Below are positions 31,101 through 39,621 of a stretch of 64,000 nucleotides of DNA, in pieces; positions within the stretch are counted from its first letter, which is position 1, and every line of letters starts with the position of its first letter. Source of the stretch: Sumerlaeia bacterium (lineage in GTDB: Bacteria; Sumerlaeota; Sumerlaeia; SLMS01; JAHLLQ01); contig JAVJSW010000039.1 of the NCBI GenBank assembly GCA_040219255.1, forward strand, positions 125,120 through 189,119, in the 5' to 3' direction. Below the pieces are notes generated by a model that saw only the letters and a list, made by a program, of their open reading frames with translations, made no database searches and had not been told where the DNA came from. The position numbers were made by a program, and so were the translations under genes.

Positions 31101-31515
31101 CGAACCCAGCGCTGGCGGAGGGGAAGCTCCAGGTCAGCTTGGTAAAGGACGAGCCGCCGTTGGTGGACAGGAAAAGGCCGTCCTCAGCGTGGGCTTCGTC
31201 ACCGACTGAGTCGGCGGCGAAGGTCACCGTGACGTTCGTGTAACCAGACAGATCGACAGGAAGGTCGAGGCGCGACGTGGAGAAACTCCCGCCGGAAACC
31301 GAGTCGTCGAGCAAGACGCCGTAAGAACCGGAAGCCTTGTAGGTAGAGCTGATCGCCACACGCCACTCGGCGGTGCCGCTGGTCTGGAGCGGCGCCGAAA
31401 GGGTGCCCGATTCGAAATTTTGCGAATAGATAACGTCGGCGCTGGCGGCCGATGCCCCGCCCAGCAGAAGGGCCATGGCGGCGAGAACGATGCGGGGGGT
31501 TCCTGAAGTCTGCAT
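28195..31515 (-). CDS. Secreted multidomain GH13 alpha-glucan enzyme (beta-sandwich + MAM + PPC + CBM48 + GH13 branching-enzyme/TreZ-like catalytic domain)
   Basis: Signal peptide. MAM-like 'WTRDSGGTPSSGTGP..YNMYG..GDVAVDD'; PPC 'DADLYV..G..P'; FRVWAPNA; DVVYNH, DGLRWD, IAED, ESHDE. AAGGA RBS before ATG31515. Confidence 0.9.
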   Translation of the reverse strand: MQTSGTPRIVLAAMALLLGGASAASADVIYSQNFESGTLSAPLQTSGTAEWRVAISSTYKASGSYGVLLDDSVSGGSFSTSRLDLPVDLSGYTNVTVTFAADSVGDEAHAEDGLFLSTNGGSSFTKLTWSFPSASAGFVTSTVAIPSNSSSTIIRWQQYDNYPASSDGLALDNIVLEGTPSGGGGGATILASSDFESGFGDFVNVSGDSHNWTRDSGGTPSSGTGPSSGANGSSWYAFVETSSGGAYSSGNTAFLQASGIGGSDRTASFEYNMYGSNTGTLSLQASTGGAYSTVWSRTGQQSSSQSNWLSATVDLGSYSGTLSLRFVLTAAGGWAGDVAVDDIFVTGTSGGSSTPTPTPTPTATPTPTPTATATPTPTPTPTPGGSTLTSGQTVSGTVAQNAWDHYSIAVPSGATQLSIVMTGTNDADLYVNYGSQPTLTDWDYRPYVGGSNETVTVSNPAAGTWYLAAQGYATSSNYSLTATITGGATPTPTPTPTPTPTPTATPTPTPTPTPAGPSSRSGMGAVPYSNGTMFRVWAPNADAVAVAGDFNGWNQGANPMFSEGNGHWSVDVDGAVINDRYKYVITNNGTDLWKNDPRALDITNSVGESVIADLAYTWQNTGFGAPGFNEMVIYEMHIGTYNDSPGGGPGTFQSAIARLDHLQNLGVNMVKVMPIAEFGADFSWGYNPAHPFAPESAYGSPKDFKAFVDECHGRGIGVILDVVYNHFGPSDLDMWCFDGECYGSGGIYFYNDWRAQTPWGATRPDYGRGEVRSYLRDNALYWLNEYRVDGLRWDSVVNIRTQNNGSGGDIPEGWSLIQWINNEIDASQPWKISIAEDLQKNEYITRSTGAGGAGFDSQWDAGFVHPIREAIITANDSDRHMYQVRDAIANLYNGTATQRVIYTESHDEVNNGRSRVPEEIWPGNAGSWFSKKRSTLGAAITFTAPGIPMIFQGQEFLEDGFWQDTDPIDWNKATTYGGIIDLYRRLMQLRRNYDNNTRGLRGNNVNVHHVNDTGKVVAYHRWENGGPGDDVIVVANFSGTTYNSYNIGFPSGGTWYVRFNSDWNGYSGDFGNTYSYDTNANGGAKDGMGYNGNIAVGPYTVIILSQ
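29975..30460 (-). repeat. Two (Pro-Thr)n coding linkers flanking the PPC domain
   Basis: 6-nt periodic repeats (ggcgtc/ggagtc) at about 29975-30055 and 30365-30458 encode TPTPTP. Confidence 0.8.
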
Positions 31516-31784
31516 GGTAGCAATGTGTCCTTTAAGGAGCGGGGCCCGGGTGGGCGGGTGGCCCGCGATGTGTCTGTAAAGACGCCTCCGCCGGTGGGTG
31601 CGGAGGAACAGGGCAGGAATGGAGGGCGGGATCGTTTCCGTCAAGACTGCGATTTCGCGGGCGAAAGTTTTATCCCCTCTCCGGGTGCCGCGAAGAGCCC
31701 ACTATGCCACAAGATAAAGGGCTTTACTCACCCCGAAGCTGTAAAGCAATTTTATCTTGCATTGCAGACATCGCCGGATGCGTT

Positions 31785-31818
31785 GCAAAAGAGATTTGTA
31801 ACGACAAAATCCTTTTGC
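31785..31818. promoter_or_regulatory. Inverted repeat in the divergent promoter region (candidate operator)
   Basis: gcaaaagagatttgt-aacg-acaaaatccttttgc. Confidence 0.35.
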
Positions 31819-31931
31819 GCGACTTCGCGCCGCCGCCGACTTTGCCGTTGAGACCCCTTTACCACCCTGTTTTTCTTATCGTGTAGAAACCGTTTTCCCG
31901 CCCAACGCCTCCCCCGCAGGAGCCCCCCGGA

Positions 31932-33218
31932 ATGACCCCGCCGGATCCAGACGACGTCTTTATCGAGATGGAAGATCCGGGGCCGTCGGCTTCCACCCGC
32001 CCGCCGGACGCACCCCGCCCCCGCGCTGCGCCGATCCTGGTGGACCGCACGGTGGAGCGCGCGCCCCAGCCGAAGCAGACCATGGCCCGGCCTTATGCCC
32101 CACAGGCCCGCCTGAAGGAATCGACCATCGCCCCGCCGGAGGACAACCCGCTGAGCGGCTGGCGCTGGTTCGGCGTGGTGCTGCTGAACCGCAATCTGTG
32201 GCCCCGCGACGCCGCCTCGAACGTGGTGATGATGTATTTCAGTGGCCGGTTGCGGGGGCGGCGGGTCGAGGATCTGACGGGGCTGGCGCCGTGGATCTTC
32301 CTGCTGTTGGCGGAAATCGCTTACTTGATCGTTTTCCGGGGCGACGCGGCGCTGATCGCGGGGCTCGAGTGGGCCAGTCTGGCCATCGCGTTTTTCCTCG
32401 GCTATGGCTGGAGCGCCGGCATCACGGCCATCCATCTGCGGCGGAACCTCCAATGCCTGCCTTTGGAGGAAGTGCTACTGACCCGGCTCCAGCCGGCCGA
32501 CATCGTGCAGGGGCTGAGCGTCCGGCCCATCGCGGTGCAGTCGGCGGCCTCGCTGATCTATAACATCCTCCATCTCGGCATGTCGCTGAGTTTCCTGTGG
32601 CTGGCGAGCGGCGCGGGGGCGGATTTGCTGAACTATGCGGGATTCGTGTTCCTGCTGACGGCGATTCGCTGGGTGGCGGTGGGGTCGGCGATCGAGGCGG
32701 GAGGCGCCTTCGCCACGCGGGCGCACCTGTGCATCCGCAATCCGATGGTGGCGTCGATGCGCATGCTGATCGATCTGGTGGCGCCGTTGGTGTTGCTGGG
32801 TACGGCGGCGATTCTGCTAGGGGTGGTGGTGGCGATCATCCTGCTGGTGGGCGGGGCGCTGTCTCTAGCCATCGGGCCGTTCCCGGCCTTGCTGGCGCTA
32901 CTCGGGGCGGGATTTGTGCTGATTACCTTCGGGACGGCGATCGCGGCGTGGCAGCGCAGCCTTGGCTCGGACGCCATGGATTTCTGCATTTTCAATCCCC
33001 AGGAATGGTGGCCCCGGCAGAACCGCGAGGCGGGCTTGAACGAACTGCCGGAGCGCGAGCTGTTCACGCCCTGGAAGCCCCGGGACCCGGAAACGCGGCT
33101 GAGCGCGGACAAGATCGAGCGGGCGCTGGAGCGGGCGGAAGCCAGGAAGCGGCGGGCGCAGGCGTCGAGTCCGGCGCCGAGGCCCTACGTCGAGGGCGAC
33201 GATGGGAAGCGGCCTTAA
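31932..33218 (+). CDS. Hypothetical polytopic membrane protein
   Basis: 428 aa, about 6 hydrophobic helices; 'LEEVLLTRL' resembles ABC-2 permease-like loops. Confidence 0.6.
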   Translation: MTPPDPDDVFIEMEDPGPSASTRPPDAPRPRAAPILVDRTVERAPQPKQTMARPYAPQARLKESTIAPPEDNPLSGWRWFGVVLLNRNLWPRDAASNVVMMYFSGRLRGRRVEDLTGLAPWIFLLLAEIAYLIVFRGDAALIAGLEWASLAIAFFLGYGWSAGITAIHLRRNLQCLPLEEVLLTRLQPADIVQGLSVRPIAVQSAASLIYNILHLGMSLSFLWLASGAGADLLNYAGFVFLLTAIRWVAVGSAIEAGGAFATRAHLCIRNPMVASMRMLIDLVAPLVLLGTAAILLGVVVAIILLVGGALSLAIGPFPALLALLGAGFVLITFGTAIAAWQRSLGSDAMDFCIFNPQEWWPRQNREAGLNELPERELFTPWKPRDPETRLSADKIERALERAEARKRRAQASSPAPRPYVEGDDGKRP

Positions 33219-33461
33219 ACAAAGGATTTCTTTGTTTCGTTGCGCCTTGGCGGGTGGGTCCGAGACCCTGTGGAACCTTGATTCTGGACAAGAAAGGAGG
33301 CTTACGAGAGATCTTTCGTTTCATCAAAATAACATAAAAACTTTTTGACTTCGGACCGAGGTTGGGGTTTCGTCCTTCGCAGATGCGTCACGAACGCCCA
33401 TTCCCCTCAGGATTTTCCGCGAGTCCCCACCATGTCCGCACACATTCGTCAGGAAGCCGCC

Positions 33462-34316
33462 ATGAGCCTGCCCGTCGTGCCTCCGCGCGAGCCCGGATAC
33501 GGGCACCTGGTGCTGATCGGCGGCGGCGAGGATCGCTCCGACGCGATGCGGGTGCTCAAGGCGACCTGGGCCATCAACGACGCCCAGACGATCGCGGTGA
33601 TCCCGAGCGCGAGCCGCTATAGCGTCGAAGCGGGCCGCATTTACACCCGGGCCTTCACGAAACTCGGCGCCAAGGCGATCTTCGTCTGCGACGCCCGCAA
33701 TTGCGACGAAGCGGCCGACCCGAAGATGGTCGAGCAGGTCCGCATGGCCGACATGATTTTCTTCAGCGGCGGCGATCAGGTGCGCCTGGCCGAAATCCTG
33801 AACGGCTCGCCTCTTCTGGCGGCGGTGCGGGAACGTTTCGCCCAGGGCGCCACGGTGGCCGGCACGAGCGCCGGTGCCGCCGCCGCCAGCGATCCGATGC
33901 TCTACGATGGCGACGCCTACGGCTTTCACAAGGGCTCGGTGGGCTTCGCGCCAGGGTTCAACCTTCTGCCCGGGGTGGCCATCGACACCCACTTCGTGGG
34001 GCGGGGGCGGTTGCCGCGGATGGCGCAATTCCTGGCGAGCAAGCGCTGCCGCCTGGGAATCGGCCTGCCGGAAGACACGGGCATCTTCATCGCCCCCGAT
34101 GGCACGACGCGCGTCGTCGGCACCGGGGTGGTGACGCTGCTGGATGCGCGGGCGATGGACTTCAGCGATTACGACCTGATCGACGACGACGACAACTATA
34201 CGGTGGAGGGCTTGCGCCTCGGTTTTCTGGCCGAGGGCGCGGTCTTCGACCTGAAAACCTGGACAGTGACCTCTTCCCGCGTCAAACCCGCCGCTCCCTC
34301 CGCTCCCGTCCAATAA
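33462..34316 (+). CDS. cphB: Cyanophycinase (peptidase S51)
   Basis: LVLIGGGED, FFSGGDQ, GTSAGA nucleophile elbow, IDTHF, EDTG. No signal peptide. AGGA RBS. Confidence 0.9.
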   Translation: MSLPVVPPREPGYGHLVLIGGGEDRSDAMRVLKATWAINDAQTIAVIPSASRYSVEAGRIYTRAFTKLGAKAIFVCDARNCDEAADPKMVEQVRMADMIFFSGGDQVRLAEILNGSPLLAAVRERFAQGATVAGTSAGAAAASDPMLYDGDAYGFHKGSVGFAPGFNLLPGVAIDTHFVGRGRLPRMAQFLASKRCRLGIGLPEDTGIFIAPDGTTRVVGTGVVTLLDARAMDFSDYDLIDDDDNYTVEGLRLGFLAEGAVFDLKTWTVTSSRVKPAAPSAPVQ

Positions 34317-34429
34317 GCCCTTCCACCAAGCGAGCCCTCGACCACGCGGCCCCACTGGCCGCCTCCCTCTGTCTCCCCGCCTGTCCCAAACCTGGAACCT
34401 TTGACCGAGCCATTGAAAGTTGACGACCC

Positions 34430-36364
34430 ATGACGATCGAAGCCTTCGACCACCCCACAGCCCACCACGGTCCGGAGACCTCCTTCGAGGACTTCGCGCT
34501 CAGTAAGTTCGCGTTCTATCCCGGACCGAGCGCGTACCTTCCGCGCCGCGCCCTGGTGTTCAACCTGACCCTGAGGCCCAACGGGCCACGCGCCGAATGG
34601 TACCGCTCGCAAATCGCCGAGCACCTGCCGGTCCTGCGCGAGTCGAAATGCGAACGGGTCGCCGAACTCTTCGCGGAAACGCTCCAGCAGGTTCTTGGCC
34701 TCGGCATCGGGCTTCCCTGCCGCGACTGGGCCGTCCTGCCCGACGACGACGCGGAGACCATCGCTGTCGAAGCGCTCGACGAAATCGTCGCCGAGGACGC
34801 CGCCCGCATGGTCAGCGAGTGGTTCCGCACCATCAACGACGACGATTATTTCCCCTTCGACGAGCGCCTGCGCGCCCTGCAGGACTGCTTCGACCGGTCG
34901 CGCTACGGCGGGCCGACGATCTATTCGCTGATCGAAGCGGGCATGAAGCGCGGCATCCCCGTGCTCTACCTGCGAGAGGAAGACACCTTCCAGTGGGGTT
35001 ATGGGCGCAAAGCCCTGCGCGCCCGCTCGACGGTGCTGCACACCGATTCGGTGCGCGACACCGAGTTCACGACGCAGAAGGACCAGGTCAAGGGCTGGCT
35101 CGACGCATTTGGCTTCCCCACGCCCCAGGGTATCCTGGCATTCGAGGAAGCGGAAGCCATCGCGGAAGCCGAGGTGCTGGGCTATCCCGTGGTGGTCAAG
35201 CCGGTGGCGGGGCACAAGGGCCAGGGCGTCCGCACCAATCTGTTCACCGCGGCGGACGTGGCGGAAGCCTTCCGGGCCTTGGCGACGAACGAAGCCTTTG
35301 ACGGCGCGATCGTGGAGCAGCAGATCAACGGCTCGGACTTCCGCCTTCTGGCGGTGAACGGCGAATTCGCCGCGGCGCTGGAGCGCGCCCCCGCCAGCGT
35401 GGTGGGCGACGGGCGCCACAGCATCGAGGAACTGATCCGCGAGGAGAACAGCCGCCCCGAACGTGAAGACACCATTCGCTCTCCCCTGGCGAAAATCGTC
35501 GTGGACGAGGAAATGGAGCGCTGGCTGCGGGCCCAGAACCTGAGCCTCCGCAACGTGCCCGCCGAGGGCGATGTGGTGGTGCTGCGGCGCGTGGCCAACA
35601 TCAGCGCCGGCGGCCGCAGCATCAACGTGACCGAACGCATCCATCCTCTAAACAAGAAGCTGGTGAGCGACATCGCCAAGTTCCTGAAGCTGACCTGCTT
35701 TGGCATCGACGTGATCGCCGAAGACATCGCCAAGCCATGGACCGAGGGGAACTTCGGGATTATCGAAATCAACGCCGGACCGGGCATTTTCATGCACATC
35801 GCGCCCTCCGTGGGCGACCCCATCGACGTGCCCGGCATGGTGATCGAGAGCCATTTCCCCCGCCCCGAGTGCGCCCGTATCCCCATCGTCGCGGGCAATT
35901 TCATGACGACCGAATTCTGCGACAAGCTCGCCGCCCGGATCCGGTCCTTCGATGCCACGCGCAACGTGGTCAGCCTGACCGGCACGAAGGTTCGCTTCAA
36001 TGGCGAGCCCCTCTCCCGGCCCGTCAGCCATATGAAGGCCCTCGAGATGGCTCTTCGCCATCCGGCCGCCGACGTGGCCGTACTCGAGCACACCAACGAC
36101 GACCTGCTGGACGATGGCACATTGCACGAAGGCGCCGACGTGGTGATTCTGGATCATCCCTACGACACCGAATCGGAATTGGCCAAGCACCTGCTGCCCG
36201 GCGGTTTTCTGATCGCCGTGAACGAGACGGACGTGGTGGCGATGCAGGACGGCCTGGAGGAAGTGGCGCGGCTGCCGCTGCGCGACCCCGCCGCGCTCGA
36301 CGAAATCGTGCTGGCGGTGCTGACGCCGCTGCTGCCGGAGCTGTTGGCGAAGTACGAACGGTGA
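34430..36364 (+). CDS. cphA2: Cyanophycin synthetase, short CphA2 type (beta-Asp-Arg polymerase)
   Basis: 644 aa. YGGPTIYSL, QWGYGRK, VVVKPVAGHKGQGV, DFRLLAVNG, ANISAGG, GIDVI, IEINAGPG. Mur-like C-domain truncated with no GTNGKTT P-loop. Confidence 0.82.
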   Translation: MTIEAFDHPTAHHGPETSFEDFALSKFAFYPGPSAYLPRRALVFNLTLRPNGPRAEWYRSQIAEHLPVLRESKCERVAELFAETLQQVLGLGIGLPCRDWAVLPDDDAETIAVEALDEIVAEDAARMVSEWFRTINDDDYFPFDERLRALQDCFDRSRYGGPTIYSLIEAGMKRGIPVLYLREEDTFQWGYGRKALRARSTVLHTDSVRDTEFTTQKDQVKGWLDAFGFPTPQGILAFEEAEAIAEAEVLGYPVVVKPVAGHKGQGVRTNLFTAADVAEAFRALATNEAFDGAIVEQQINGSDFRLLAVNGEFAAALERAPASVVGDGRHSIEELIREENSRPEREDTIRSPLAKIVVDEEMERWLRAQNLSLRNVPAEGDVVVLRRVANISAGGRSINVTERIHPLNKKLVSDIAKFLKLTCFGIDVIAEDIAKPWTEGNFGIIEINAGPGIFMHIAPSVGDPIDVPGMVIESHFPRPECARIPIVAGNFMTTEFCDKLAARIRSFDATRNVVSLTGTKVRFNGEPLSRPVSHMKALEMALRHPAADVAVLEHTNDDLLDDGTLHEGADVVILDHPYDTESELAKHLLPGGFLIAVNETDVVAMQDGLEEVARLPLRDPAALDEIVLAVLTPLLPELLAKYER

Positions 36365-36394
36365 GGGCAGGGGGCTGTTGGCTCGGAAGCTTTC

Positions 36395-37819
36395 TCACCC
36401 CTCGCGCAGCGCATTCGTAAACCGCATGAAATCGGGCAGGAACATCAGGTCCGCGCTGCCGATGGGGCCGTTGCGGTTCTTGCCGACGATGATTTCCGTG
36501 GGAATGGGCAGGGAGCGGTCGCGCTGCTGGCCGTCTTCATCCTTCTGGAGTTCGACGCGTTCGCGATGGACGAACATGACGACGTCGGCGTCTTGTTCGA
36601 TGGCGCCCGATTCGCGCAGGTCGCTGAGCATGGGCTTGGCGCTCTTTTCTTTGCCGCTGCGCGATTCGATGTTGCGCGAGAGTTGGCTCAGCGCCAGCAC
36701 GGGGACGCTCAGTTCCTTGGCGAGTTGCTTCATGCCCCGGCTGATGTCGCTGACTTCCTGCTGGCGGCTTTCCTGGCGCCGGCCGCTGGGGCCGCCGCTC
36801 ATGAGCTGGAGGTAATCGACGATGATGAGGCCGAGGTCGGGGAACTTGCTCTTGAGGCGCCGCGCCCGGGAACGCAGTTGCACGATGGAGAGGTCCGCCG
36901 AGTCGTCGATGTGGATTTGCAGGTTCATCATATCGCTGGCGGTGTGACGCAGCGTATCCCACTCGTCTTCTCGGATTTTTCCTTTGCGGACTTTCGAGCC
37001 GGAGACGCCCGCGGCCCCGCAGAGAATCCGCATATTGAGCTGATCGGCGCCCATTTCCAAGCTGAAGATGGCGACGGGGACTTTGCTGAATGTCGCGACG
37101 TTCTGGGCGATGTTGAGGGCGAAGGCGGTCTTGCCGATGGAGGGCCTGGCCGCCAGAATGATGAGGGCGCTCGGTTCGAAACCGCCGAGCATCCCGTCGA
37201 GGTCCTTGTAGTGCGTTGGCAGGCCGCTGGTGGGGCTCTTGGTTTCGTAAAGGTAGCCGATTTCCTGAAGGGATTCCGCCATCAGTTCGCGCATCGGCCG
37301 AAAGCGCGAGGTGCGGTTTTCCTGGCTGACCTCGAAGACGAGCTTCTCGGCCATTTCGATGGTGTCTTCGACGGTGCGCGATTCCTCCGAGGCCTCGCGC
37401 AGGACGGTGCTGGCGGCGGCCATGAGCCGGCGCATGGTGCTCTTGTCGCGCACCATGCGGGCGTGCTCGACGGCGGCGCTGGTGGCCAGGATGTATTGCT
37501 CGAGGGAGGCGAGGTAGATGTAGCCGCCGACTTGATCGAGTTCGCCAAAGCGCCGGAGCGTGTCGGTCAGCAGCGTGAGCTCGACGGGCTTGCCCTGATC
37601 GTGCAGTTCGACGACGCGGGCGAAGACGCGCTGGTGGGCCGATTGGTAGAAGTCCTCGGCGCGGACCTGCTGCATCACATCCGAGATGACATCGTTGTCC
37701 AGCAGCATCGCCCCCAGAACGGCGCGCTCGGCGTCGAGGTTGTGGGGGGCGTTGGGCAGATGGATTTCGCCTTCCTGGGGGGGACGGCGGCCGTTGGGGC
37801 GGGACTCGGTTTCAGCCAT
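36395..37819 (-). CDS. dnaB: Replicative DNA helicase DnaB
   Basis: AERAVLGAML, AARPSIGKT, FSLEM, VDYLQLM, LSQLSR, LSDLRESGAIEQDAD, KNRNGPIG. Confidence 0.97.
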   Translation of the reverse strand: MAETESRPNGRRPPQEGEIHLPNAPHNLDAERAVLGAMLLDNDVISDVMQQVRAEDFYQSAHQRVFARVVELHDQGKPVELTLLTDTLRRFGELDQVGGYIYLASLEQYILATSAAVEHARMVRDKSTMRRLMAAASTVLREASEESRTVEDTIEMAEKLVFEVSQENRTSRFRPMRELMAESLQEIGYLYETKSPTSGLPTHYKDLDGMLGGFEPSALIILAARPSIGKTAFALNIAQNVATFSKVPVAIFSLEMGADQLNMRILCGAAGVSGSKVRKGKIREDEWDTLRHTASDMMNLQIHIDDSADLSIVQLRSRARRLKSKFPDLGLIIVDYLQLMSGGPSGRRQESRQQEVSDISRGMKQLAKELSVPVLALSQLSRNIESRSGKEKSAKPMLSDLRESGAIEQDADVVMFVHRERVELQKDEDGQQRDRSLPIPTEIIVGKNRNGPIGSADLMFLPDFMRFTNALREG

Positions 37820-37943
37820 GGATCGGGAAAACTCCTCGGGCGTGGGGCCGTGGGAGGATACGGGCTGGCGGCGTGCAGGCAAGCCGTTCTTGTGAACGAT
37901 TGATTTCCGCCGCGATGGGTTGCGGGGGACGTGCCTAAGTGCC

Positions 37944-39521
37944 CTAAAGCTGTCCCTCGACGGGCAGCGCCGTGTACACCCAGTACTTGAATCGGGCAAT
38001 CAGGGCCGGGGGTTGGGGGGGATACATGGTATGCTCGCCAGCCTTCCAGATCAGATTGCCCTCATCGTCCCTCGCCACGCGCCAGGCGTGCGGTGGCTGG
38101 ATGGCGGCCCGCAGGACCTGGTAGAGATCGTGCGCCAGCTCGGGGCTTTGGATCTGAAACGCCATTTCCGTGTTCAATTCCAGCGACCGCGGGTCCCAAT
38201 TCATGGAGCCGATGACGGCCGTCTGCCGGTCGATCAGCAGGGTCTTGGCGTGGACGCCGATCGTGGCGCTGCGCGTCAGGGTCTTGCTCGTGGGACCGGT
38301 GATCCGCTGGACATCGCGCAGTTCGTACAGTTCCACCCCCAGATCGAGCAACCGGTCGCGATGCTGTCCATAGTTGGCGTCCACGACGGAGTGGTCAGTG
38401 GTGGAAACGGAGTTGGTCAGCACCACCACGCGGCAGCCGCGATCCAGCAGATCGGTCACCGCGTCATACCAAACTTGGGGCGGAAGGAAGTAGGGGGAAA
38501 CGATGATGACTTCTTGGCGAGCCGTGCGGAGCAAATCGTTCATTTCCTTCCCCACGTCCACGGGGGGCGAACCGTCCTCTGGGGCTGGATCGTCCACGTG
38601 AACCTTGACTTGAGCGGGGTTGAGTTTCGCCCGGAGGGCGGCTTTACGTGGTTGCCAGTCCTCGCTTTGGTGCAAGAAGCGAAACGGCAGGACCTCGTTC
38701 TCGCGATCGTAGCGCCGGAGTTCGGCGCGCAGGCGTTCGAGGCTCCGCTCGCCCTCCTGCCTGTCTTTGTATACGGCAACCCACTCGCTGCGGTCGCTGG
38801 CCCAGTAGGCTTCGAAAGCCTGGGTCATGTCCTCGACGACGGGCCCTGAGAACAGGGCATCGATGTCGAAGAAGGCGTAGTGCCGTGCTTCGCCAAAGTA
38901 CTCGTCCCCAAGGTTGCGTCCGCCCGCGATGCCGATGATGCCATCGGCCAGGAACAGTTTATTGTGCATGCGGTGGGTCAGTTCGGGGAGCCGGAAGACG
39001 ATTTCAGCCCATTGGACGAACGGCGTGCTCCAAGTCTGGGGTGGGTTGTAAATCCGTGGCTCGATCATCGGATGCTGCCCGAGAGCGGCAAGCTTGGAGG
39101 CAATGGGCCCGGCGTTCACCGCATCGATCAGCAATCGAACCCGAACCCCGCGGTCCGCCGCGGCGAGTACCCGCGCGAACAGCAGCTTGCCCGTCTGATC
39201 CCATTTCCAAGTGTACGTTTGAATATCGATGGTATTGACCGCGCTGTCGACCATCATCAAGCGATAGGCAAAAGACTCGCGGTCTTGCGCCACTACGGCA
39301 AAACGATCGCGCTCCTGCCGGTCCTCGTCGAGGGCTTCGGGGACGAAGAAGTGGAGGCTGCCGATTTCTCGGCGGGGATGAGGGATGGGCTGAACGTCGC
39401 TGGGCTTGGCCAGATACGGCCCGCAGCCAGACAGCAGGATGAGGAGCGTAAAGGCGAGGAGTTTGGCACTTGAGCGGAGGAAGAGCCGAATGGGCTCTTC
39501 CGATCCGAGAAAATTCTTCAT
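37944..39521 (-). CDS. Phospholipase D family protein (ClsC/YmdC-like), possible lipoprotein
   Basis: Two HKD motifs (HNKLFLAD, HAKTLLID), GGRNLGDEYF, GSMNWDPRS..LNTE; LSGC lipobox. Confidence 0.88.
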   Translation of the reverse strand: MKNFLGSEEPIRLFLRSSAKLLAFTLLILLSGCGPYLAKPSDVQPIPHPRREIGSLHFFVPEALDEDRQERDRFAVVAQDRESFAYRLMMVDSAVNTIDIQTYTWKWDQTGKLLFARVLAAADRGVRVRLLIDAVNAGPIASKLAALGQHPMIEPRIYNPPQTWSTPFVQWAEIVFRLPELTHRMHNKLFLADGIIGIAGGRNLGDEYFGEARHYAFFDIDALFSGPVVEDMTQAFEAYWASDRSEWVAVYKDRQEGERSLERLRAELRRYDRENEVLPFRFLHQSEDWQPRKAALRAKLNPAQVKVHVDDPAPEDGSPPVDVGKEMNDLLRTARQEVIIVSPYFLPPQVWYDAVTDLLDRGCRVVVLTNSVSTTDHSVVDANYGQHRDRLLDLGVELYELRDVQRITGPTSKTLTRSATIGVHAKTLLIDRQTAVIGSMNWDPRSLELNTEMAFQIQSPELAHDLYQVLRAAIQPPHAWRVARDDEGNLIWKAGEHTMYPPQPPALIARFKYWVYTALPVEGQL

Positions 39522-39621
39522 TGTAAAGTTATTGAGCAAGCCCGCGAAAAAGAATCTCGTCTCGCAGACGGGGTGCATGGAAAATGCCAAAGCGGCGCCG
39601 GCTCAGTTTCCGGGGTGGTGG

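Noticed and set aside
36395-37999. Possible intein or N-terminal extension in DnaB
   Set aside because: Length from ATG37819 (474 aa) is normal with contiguous motifs; the extension to 37999 is just upstream open frame.
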